A stretch of 64,000 bases of DNA, from NCBI GenBank assembly GCA_963722255.1, contig CAVRJO010000001.1, forward strand, positions 576,001 to 640,000. The letters run 5' to 3'. Position numbers and translations under genes: made by a program. The DNA comes from Candidatus Babeliales bacterium (lineage in GTDB: Bacteria; Babelota; Babeliae; Babelales; JANWKD01). Below the pieces are notes generated by a model. The model worked only from the letters and a program-made list of their open reading frames with translations, had not been told where the DNA came from and searched no databases. This document shows positions 51,304 through 59,640 of this stretch, in pieces; the stretch's first letter is position 1, and each line of letters begins with the position of its first letter.

Positions 51304-52239
51304 ATGAATAATAAAAAGAAAATATCAATCATTGTTCCTGTATATAATGAAGAAAAAAACATACCGCTCCTTTATGCAACAGTTCTAAAAACTATTGCAC
51401 AAATCACAGAATATGAATATGAATTTATTTTCATCAACGATGGCAGTAAAGATAATTCATGGACAATTATTAAAAACCTTCCAATCTCAGTCGCTTCAAT
51501 AAAAGCTCTTAATTTCAGTAAAAATTTTGGACATCAAATCGCCTTAAGTGCAGGATATAATCATGCAACTGGTGATGCAATAATATCTATGGATGCTGAT
51601 CTGCAGCACCCTCCTGAAACTATTCCATCTATGATCAAAGCCTGGCAAAAAGGATTTGACATTGTATATGTAAAAAATGTAACACGCAACGATAGTTTTT
51701 TAAAAAAAATTTGTGCTTTAGGCTATTATAGATTTTTAGGCTTACTTTCTGAAATTAAAATTCCTCGTAATGTTGCCGACTTCCGACTTATTGATAAAAA
51801 AGTTCTTGCAATTATTAATCAATCTGAAGAAAAGGCACCCTATTTAAGAGGCATGGTTGCATGGACCGGGTTTAAACATACTTTTATAGAATCTACTTTT
51901 GCAAAGCGTCATTCAGGAATTCCGGGATATACGTGGAGCAAAATGTTTAAACTTGCTCTTGATGGAATAGTTAGTTTTTCTTCATCACCATTTCAATTGC
52001 TAGGATTAATAAGCTTATTCATAACAATCTCCGGATCATCCTTATTAGTTTACTTAATAGTAAACAGTCTCATTTTTTATAAAAATTATTCCGCACTTAC
52101 GTGGATCCTTACAATACTATATTTTTCTATGGGGATTCAATTGATAGTTATATCATCTATTGGTGAAAAAATTGTAATGATGTACAACCAAACTAAAAAT
52201 AGACCTTTGTATATTATTGCTGACAAAATAAACTGCTAA
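51304..52239 (+). CDS. GT2 polyprenol-phosphate glycosyltransferase (GtrB-like), paralog of 37631
   Basis: VPVYNEE, NDGSKD, FSKNFGHQ, DADLQHPP, ADFRL, RPLYII. Confidence 0.93.
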   Translation: MNNKKKISIIVPVYNEEKNIPLLYATVLKTIAQITEYEYEFIFINDGSKDNSWTIIKNLPISVASIKALNFSKNFGHQIALSAGYNHATGDAIISMDADLQHPPETIPSMIKAWQKGFDIVYVKNVTRNDSFLKKICALGYYRFLGLLSEIKIPRNVADFRLIDKKVLAIINQSEEKAPYLRGMVAWTGFKHTFIESTFAKRHSGIPGYTWSKMFKLALDGIVSFSSSPFQLLGLISLFITISGSSLLVYLIVNSLIFYKNYSALTWILTILYFSMGIQLIVISSIGEKIVMMYNQTKNRPLYIIADKINC

Positions 52240-52240
52240 A

Positions 52241-52948
52241 CTATTTAAAAATCCAATTAGGTCTTAAAACAGATCGCGCATCATACAAATAACGAAGAAA
52301 GAATGGCTGATTGATTCGACTAATTTTTCTATCCTTTGGCTTTGCCATCAGTGCAATTTTTTTCTTGAGTCGATCAAATTTTTCATCATATAATTTGACC
52401 ACATCATATCGATCGTCTATAAGCACATTCTCTTCATTGCGCGTTGTACCGCTAATGGTAGCATTAGCAGAACCACTCCAAATTATCTTTTTATTACATA
52501 AGTTTTGTCCAAAAACCCAAAATTTATTGTGCATTATAGAATAATACTTTTCACCATAGACATAGACGGGAATATCATAGCTTCTAAGTTCAGTAATTTT
52601 TTCATGTTTACTTGCTAAACAACTTTTATCGGTAATAATCTCTATTTTAACACCGCGACGATGTGCATCGATTAATGCATCAAAAAGGTCTGGATCAGTT
52701 AATTGGTACACCGCAGCTTTTATATACCAACGCTCGCTATATATAAGCCCTAACAAAACTTTTTTTACCGGATCATCAGGAACAAATAATACTCCTTCAA
52801 CTTTATTTCCCGGTTTAACCAAACGTTGTTTGGCATATTTTTTACAATCAAGTTGATCATAATTGGTTTTTGTGGAAACTAAAAAAAAGTAACTGCCTAG
52901 TAAGAGTACTGAAAGCAGCGTTGTGACTAAAGTTGAATTTTCAAACAT
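52241..52948 (-). CDS. Single-domain phospholipase D/Nuc-like protein with N-terminal anchor
   Basis: AVYQLT, A..RGV.I.II.D, MHNKF, SGSAN.T, NEEN. Confidence 0.85.
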   Translation of the reverse strand: MFENSTLVTTLLSVLLLGSYFFLVSTKTNYDQLDCKKYAKQRLVKPGNKVEGVLFVPDDPVKKVLLGLIYSERWYIKAAVYQLTDPDLFDALIDAHRRGVKIEIITDKSCLASKHEKITELRSYDIPVYVYGEKYYSIMHNKFWVFGQNLCNKKIIWSGSANATISGTTRNEENVLIDDRYDVVKLYDEKFDRLKKKIALMAKPKDRKISRINQPFFLRYLYDARSVLRPNWIFK

Positions 52949-53184
52949 ACTATCTCATTTAATAAAGGAATAAACGTAAAACTCTCAATACTGTCCTGTA
53001 GCCCGCAATAGCGGCTAGAACAATACATAGAAACAGTAGTACATAACAAAGGTATAGTCAAATAAGAAAGAGCAAGCCATATATTTAATCTTGTACAAAT
53101 CTCACAATGAACAAATGAAAAATTCTTGTAATGCGATAATTATTGATATAGTTTTAAAGATGAAATAAAAGATAATGATTTAGG

Positions 53185-54015
53185 ATGCACGTTATGAAGT
53201 TTTTCAAAAGTTTTAGTTTTGTCATAATTCTTGCGGCTTATTGTTCTTTTCTTAAAGGACATTTTGATGACATCCTCTTAATTATAAACTACAATCATGC
53301 CCATTATGAATCAATTCCCTTATTAAAAAAAATATATGGTACCTATTTTAAAAATATAGTCTTTTATGGACCAACCAGACATGATGTAATTGAATTACCT
53401 CATTTTAAAGGCTTTTTCAGTTATCTTTGCATTTCAGATGCTATGAAAAGCCATCCAAATTTTAGTGGTTATTTATTTTTACATGATGATTGCATACTAA
53501 ATCCTACACTTATTAAAGATCTAGATCTGAAAAAAATTTGGTTTCCATCACTATTTTATTTTAAAAGTGACAAAGGAAATCCTATCAATATAACGCAGGG
53601 AATCTCAGCTACAACATGGTGGTATTGGAATTCCCAATGGGGATTTAACCCTACTGTCAAAGCATTTAATGAAATGTCAGAATATAATAAAAATATTTTG
53701 GAAACAAATTGGGAAAAATCTAATGTTGTAGTTGCATTTACTGATATTGCTTACATCCCTTCTGCATATCACGGTCAATTTATTGAACTTGCAGAAATAT
53801 TTGGAAAACATAAAGTATTTTTAGAAATTGCACTTCCAACCATATTATTTTCCTTGTCTTTAAAAAAAGATTGGGAATGGTTGCCAGGAAAAAGCAATTA
53901 TTTAAATCCCATAAAGCTTTTTGATAAAAATGCAATTTTTAATCATCCACTAAAACTTTCTATAAAAGAACATCAACAGTTCATTAATCAATTTTTTAAT
54001 AAACTATTAGATTAA
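53185..54015 (+). CDS. STELLO/DUF288 C-terminal-domain-like protein, paralog 1
   Basis: DILLIINYNH, YFKNIVFYGP, GYLFLHDDCILN, FLEIALPT, FNHP.KLS; signal peptide. Confidence 0.7.
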   Translation: MHVMKFFKSFSFVIILAAYCSFLKGHFDDILLIINYNHAHYESIPLLKKIYGTYFKNIVFYGPTRHDVIELPHFKGFFSYLCISDAMKSHPNFSGYLFLHDDCILNPTLIKDLDLKKIWFPSLFYFKSDKGNPINITQGISATTWWYWNSQWGFNPTVKAFNEMSEYNKNILETNWEKSNVVVAFTDIAYIPSAYHGQFIELAEIFGKHKVFLEIALPTILFSLSLKKDWEWLPGKSNYLNPIKLFDKNAIFNHPLKLSIKEHQQFINQFFNKLLD

Positions 54016-54068
54016 AAATTATAATTTTTATTTTCTATAACATTTTTCATTGCGATAAAGGAATTACA

Positions 54069-55154
54069 ATGTTTTTTGTATGTCGTTTATTTACTATACT
54101 GAGCTTTACCTTTATCATAAATTTAGCTCAGTGTTCACAATTTCATGACAAATGGATTGTTGTAACCACCATTCAATATCCAACGTTAGCTCTAAAAAAA
54201 CTTGCATCATTATCAGATTGGAAACTGGTTGTCATAGGGGATAAAAAAACACCAAGAGATTGGTATTTAGACAACTGTATATTTTTAGATGTTGAAGCTC
54301 AGGAACATTTGCCTTATAAAATTATTTCGCTCTTACCTTGGAATCATTACTGTAGAAAAAATATCGGCTATCTTTATGCAATAGAACATGGTGCTTCAAT
54401 AATCTATGAAACAGATGATGATAATATATTGTTTAATGATATTGTATATCTTCCAGAGAAAACTGCTCTAGAACAACTTCTTACTCAACAAAGCACTACT
54501 AATGTTTATGCACTTTTTGGACAACCTACTGTTTGGCCGCGAGGATATCCATTAAGCAAAGTAACTACACCCAACAACTATCATCTTATAACACAAGAAG
54601 TTATGATACCAATTCAACAAGGGCTTGTTAACGGTGATCCAGATGTTGATGCACTATTTAGACTTACTCATGCACATGAAACCACCTTTGATAATCGAAA
54701 GCCAATTTGCTTACAATCGGGAACGATGTGTCCATTTAATACACAAAATACCCTTTTTTATCGTAGCGCATTTTGGGGTTTGCTCATACCAATTACCACA
54801 CCATTCCGTGTATGTGATATTTGGCGGGGCTATTGGGTTCAACGTTTACTTTGGGATATGAATGCAGCACTCTGTTTTATATCACCAACAGCGGTGCAAT
54901 ATCGCAACCAACATGACCTACTCCAAGACTTTGCTGGAGAACTTGATCTTTATTTAAAAACAGAAAAATTAATTGCATCACTTAATGAATGGCATTCTAA
55001 TGCCCAGTTTTTTGATCAACGCATGAAGGAACTTATGCATTTTCTGATTGAACGAGATTTCTTCAAAGCAGTCGAAATCGAGTTTGTTGAAGCCTGGATT
55101 GAAGACTTACAGCGACTTAATTATAGAATGCCGAATTTAGAAAATATCTTTTAA
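54069..55154 (+). CDS. STELLO/DUF288-family glycosyltransferase-like protein (N-terminal domain only)
   Basis: KWIVVTTI, VVIGDKKTP.DW, RKNIGYLYAI.HGA..IYETDDDN, WPRGYPL, IQQGL.NGDPDVDA, FRVCDIWRGYW.QRLLW. Confidence 0.88.
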   Translation: MFFVCRLFTILSFTFIINLAQCSQFHDKWIVVTTIQYPTLALKKLASLSDWKLVVIGDKKTPRDWYLDNCIFLDVEAQEHLPYKIISLLPWNHYCRKNIGYLYAIEHGASIIYETDDDNILFNDIVYLPEKTALEQLLTQQSTTNVYALFGQPTVWPRGYPLSKVTTPNNYHLITQEVMIPIQQGLVNGDPDVDALFRLTHAHETTFDNRKPICLQSGTMCPFNTQNTLFYRSAFWGLLIPITTPFRVCDIWRGYWVQRLLWDMNAALCFISPTAVQYRNQHDLLQDFAGELDLYLKTEKLIASLNEWHSNAQFFDQRMKELMHFLIERDFFKAVEIEFVEAWIEDLQRLNYRMPNLENIF

Positions 55155-55182
55155 TCTGTCATTTAACAAAGGATATAAAAAA

Positions 55183-56016
55183 ATGCTATTTGTTAGATAT
55201 TTTAGTTTAACCGTAATTTTAGTTAGTAACTTTTATGCTCTCAAGGCAAATCTTGATAACGTTCTTCTTATCATTAACTATAATCATGCACATTATGAAT
55301 CAATTCCTTTATTAAAAAAAATATATACACCTTATCTTAAAAATATTGTTTTTTATGGACCTACGGCAAATCCAGAAGTAGTTGAATTACCTCACCACAG
55401 AGGATTCTTTAGCTATCTTTGCATTGCAGATGCTATGGAGAAAAATCCTCATTATGCTGGATACCTTTTTTTAATGGATGACTGCATTCTTCATCCTTGG
55501 CATATTAAAGAATTAGATGTAACAAAAATTTGGTATCCTTCAATGATGTTTCATCTCAAAGAAAAGGGAAATCCAATAAATATCATGCTAGGAAACTCGG
55601 CAACATCATGGTATTGGTGGTCAACTCAATGGGGATTAAAGCCTACAATTAAAGCCTTTAGCGAAATTCCTCAATTTTATAAAAACATTCTAAAAGAAAA
55701 TTGGGGGAATTCTACTGTCGTTGCAGCATTTTCAGATATAGTGTACATACCCTTAGAATATAAAAACAATTTTATTGAACTTGCCAAAATTTTTGGAAGA
55801 AATCAGGTCTTTTTGGAAATTGCTCTACCAACAATTATGAATTGTATATCTTTAAAAAGTGAATGGATTTGGTTACCAGGACAAGGTACTTATGGACGAC
55901 CATTAATCGATTATAATAAAGATGCAATTTTTAACCATCCCATAAAGCTCTCATTCAATGCGCATAGGATCTTTATCGATCAATTTTTTACTCAAAAAAT
56001 GAATGAGCTTAAATGA
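55183..56016 (+). CDS. STELLO/DUF288 C-terminal-domain-like protein, paralog 2
   Basis: Same motifs as 53185; signal peptide. Confidence 0.7.
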   Translation: MLFVRYFSLTVILVSNFYALKANLDNVLLIINYNHAHYESIPLLKKIYTPYLKNIVFYGPTANPEVVELPHHRGFFSYLCIADAMEKNPHYAGYLFLMDDCILHPWHIKELDVTKIWYPSMMFHLKEKGNPINIMLGNSATSWYWWSTQWGLKPTIKAFSEIPQFYKNILKENWGNSTVVAAFSDIVYIPLEYKNNFIELAKIFGRNQVFLEIALPTIMNCISLKSEWIWLPGQGTYGRPLIDYNKDAIFNHPIKLSFNAHRIFIDQFFTQKMNELK

Positions 56017-56063
56017 TATAAGAATTTCAATATCAACTTTCAGCAAAGATGCAATGGTTATTA

Positions 56064-56919
56064 GGTTCTGTGAACCAAATTTTACCTAAGCCAAATTAAG
56101 GTCCCTACAAAATATAAAAAAGATAAATAAGATTGAGAAGATTTATCGAATCGCGAAAAAATCCTACGAAAATGTTTAATTTTTCCGAAAAAACATTCGA
56201 TGGAATGTCGCTCTTTGTAAAGATGAACATCATAGTCACGAGGCTGCTTACGATTTCTACGAGGAGGAATTTCTGGCTTACATCGTTGATCTTTTATGCT
56301 TTCAATGAAATGATCAGCATCATAAGCAGTATCTCCAATGATAGAAGCATCTACAATACCAGTGCTCAGATTTTTTGCTTGAGTAATATCATGTCGTTGA
56401 CCGGGTGTTAAAACAAATTTTAGTGGATTTCCCAATGCATCAACCAAAGCGTGTATTTTTGTTGAGAAGCCGCCCTTGCTACGTCCTAACGCCTCTTGTT
56501 CTTGAGTATCTTTACCATATCCAGCTGCACATGCATGTGCTCTAATAACTGTAGAGTCTATCATTGCCCATTCCATATCAGGATCTTCTTGAAAACTTTC
56601 AAATAGTTTTTTCCAAATATTACGTTTATTCCACTGCTTAAATCGCTTGTGAACAGCTCGCCAACTACCATAATAAATTGGCAATAATCTCCATTGGCAA
56701 CCGCTTCTGCATATGTAATATATTGCCTCTATAAATTTACGTAATTTTTCAATAGACTTCTTGTGAATCCCTTTGATGCTCATTAAAACATTCAATATTT
56801 TTTCAAAATCTGTATCATTAATTAGGTAATGCATTACAAGCTTCCTTTTGTTTTTTTAGTTGATTAACAAAGGAAGCTTATCTTTTTTTAAGCATTTTTT
56901 AAATTTGGTTCACAGAACC
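56064..56919 (-). mobile_element. IS5-family (IS427-group-like) element, intact (transposase 56082..56834)
   Basis: TIR GGTTCTGTGAACCAAATTT / AAATTTGGTTCACAGAACC flanked by TA; SGCQWR.LP, IDST..RAH, GRSKGG.STKIH, YKERH.IECFF. Confidence 0.95.
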
Positions 56920-56961
56920 TAAGAACAACCGCAGGTTTTTATTGAATTAAAAAGAGATATT

Positions 56962-58707
56962 ATGAAAAGAAAAAATATACTACATGCATCGTTTTTTTTA
57001 ATGAGTTTTGGGATCTTTAACTTTATTCAAACCAATCAATTTGCTTTAATTTCTATTCCAAAATGCGGAACTTATCTTTTATTAAAAACCTTGAGATCAA
57101 TAACCGGAAATACCAAACCTCAAATTGAACCTAAGGGATGGACTTTAATTACTGATGCTGTCATGAATACCTTCTTTAAAAATCAACTATTTTTAGTAGC
57201 TCATGCATTTTATGTTGATGAAAATATTAAAAAACTTAATAATAAAAATATTAAAACTTTTTTTATATATCGAGACCCTCGTGATCAAATTGTATCAACT
57301 GCTTTTTTTATAAAAAAACCAAAGACTTCTTGGAAGTTACATTCTAAATGGGATTTAGATCAACTTATAGATGAACTCATAACTAAGAGCCTGTCTGAAA
57401 ACTAAATTTTTCTGAAAACGATGACTAGACAAGCAAATTGAACTAGCCCAAGAAAGTTTTTAGATAGCTTGTCATAACGAATGAAAACGCGTCTGAATCG
57501 ATTCATCCAAGAAAATGTTCTTTCAACAACCCACCGTATTGGATCTTTATTTGTTGTAACTCGAGGTTTATTTTTGGGTTTTTTTAATGGCATTACCGGC
57601 GTAAAGTTTCGTTTAATAGCTTCTTCCTTATTTTTTTTAGATACGAAGCCCTTGTCAGTGCGAAGATAATGATTTCTTGATTGTGGGATTTGATACTGTA
57701 AATTATCAATAAGAGGAACAAATAATTGCGTGTCATGTCGATTTCCACCCGCAACGGTAGCGCTAAGAGGAAGTCCCAATTCTTCAACAACAAGATTTAA
57801 TTTGGAGCCCAATTTTCTTCTATCAACAGGGCTAATTCCCGTTTTGTCTCCTCCAAGAGGCGCTTTTTTATGGCATGAATCTATAGATTGATTTTCAAGA
57901 CGAAGTCCTTTTGTTCGATCATAGTGCATTAAAATTGATTTCCAAATTTTTTGAAAAGCATTTGCTTTAACTAGTTCTCTAAATCTGTGATAAACGGTTT
58001 TTGCTGGACCAAAGCATTTGGGCAGCGCATCCCACTGACATCCTGTCTTGAGTAAATAATATATTCCTGCTATTAATGGATCATTATCTGAACGTGGTCG
58101 ACCTATTTTACTTGGTGGCATATAGACTGCAATAAAATTATGAAATTCTTGTAAAAGTTCTTTAGATATGACATATTTTGATGGTATAATTTCTTCGTAA
58201 TTTAAATGCTTCATATGAAAAAATCCTTCTTTGTTTGTGTAGTAACAACAAGAGGGATTTTATTTTTTTTTATTTATTTTTTCAACTGCCTTGAGTTTTC
58301 AGACAGGCTCTAATTGTGGATCAATTTGGAGTGCAGTATATAACGGTAAAGAAATATGGGAAAAAACACCTGATATTTCATCATTTTATAATCTTTTTTT
58401 ACCATGGCAATTGGTACCGAATATTTATACAACTACCTTTGAAAAATTAGTTGGCCCTCAAGGTGGAGGAACATTAGAAGAACAACTAAATGAAATTATT
58501 GCAATAGCTAATCATATGGGCACAAAAATGGACCAAACGCAAGCTTTAGAAATAAGTAATAACTTATTTGGAGAAAGTATAACATTTCGTGAAGGTAAAA
58601 TAGGTTCATGGAAAAAATATTTCTTAGAACGTCATAAAGATGCTTTCAAAAAAGTTGCCGGGCAGCTTCTTATTGATTTAGGCTACGAAAAAAATTTGAA
58701 TTGGTAA
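56962..58707 (+). pseudogene. PAPS-dependent sulfotransferase interrupted by IS
   Basis: PKCGT (5'-PSB), YRDPRD..VS (3'-PB), FREGKIGSWK; halves rejoin in frame as ..ELIT-NCGSIW.. Confidence 0.9.
57387..58310 (-). mobile_element. IS5-family element, intact, copy 2 (transposase 57402..58214)
   Basis: Identical 270-aa transposase to the 44223 copy, same TIRs, TAA duplication. Confidence 0.95.
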
Positions 58708-58833
58708 TTTCTGAAAACTCAATTCTGATTTTTTTTAGAATTATCGCTCAATATTTTATAAAAATATTTCTAGCCTTTTTATAACAGTCATGTTAAAAAT
58801 TCACAGTGAGATATAAAAAATAAAAAGGATATC

Positions 58834-59640
58834 ATGAAATTTTTTAAATATTTAAGTGGACTTATAGTAATTATTGTTAGTATTTGCAATGCACATTATG
58901 ATGATATTTTGCTTATTATTAACTATAATCATGCCCATTATGAGTCAATTCCCTTATTAAAAAAAATATACAAACCATATTTTAAGAATATTGTATTTTA
59001 TGGACCTACCGCAAATCCAGAAATAATTGAATTGCCTCATTATAAAGGCTATTTTAGTTATCTATGCATTTCAGATGCTATGGAAAAATATCCAAATTAT
59101 TCTGGATATCTTTTTTTAATGGATGATTGCATTCTCAATCCTCGTCTGATTGAAGAATTTGATGCTACAAAAATTTATTATGCATATTGCGTTGAACATC
59201 AAAAAACATTTCCAATAGATTTAAAAACTGGCCCTTCTTTCTATTGGAGCTGGTGGACAACCCAATGGGGCTCAACAGCATTGAAAGCCGCTCTTAATGA
59301 ATTGCCAATGCATTATAAAAATATACTCGAAGAAAATTGTGGTAAAAATGCCATTGTTGGAGCTTTTTCAGATTGTGCATATATTCCTTCATCTTATAAA
59401 AATCAATTTGTAGAACTTGCTAAAATTTTTGGTAAACATCAAGTTTTTCTAGAAATTGCATTGCCAACCATTCTTTGTTCATTGTCATTAAAAAATGAAT
59501 GGATGTGGTTACCTGGAAGAAGTATCTACACAGATCCGTTAAAACTTTTTGATAGAAATGCAATCTTTAATCATCCAATAAAACTTTCTATTAAACAAAA
59601 CCGAGATTTTATTGAAAAATTTTTTAGTCAAAATTTTTAA
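58834..59640 (+). CDS. STELLO/DUF288 C-terminal-domain-like protein, paralog 3
   Basis: Same motifs as 53185 and 55183; signal peptide. Confidence 0.7.
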   Translation: MKFFKYLSGLIVIIVSICNAHYDDILLIINYNHAHYESIPLLKKIYKPYFKNIVFYGPTANPEIIELPHYKGYFSYLCISDAMEKYPNYSGYLFLMDDCILNPRLIEEFDATKIYYAYCVEHQKTFPIDLKTGPSFYWSWWTTQWGSTALKAALNELPMHYKNILEENCGKNAIVGAFSDCAYIPSSYKNQFVELAKIFGKHQVFLEIALPTILCSLSLKNEWMWLPGRSIYTDPLKLFDRNAIFNHPIKLSIKQNRDFIEKFFSQNF

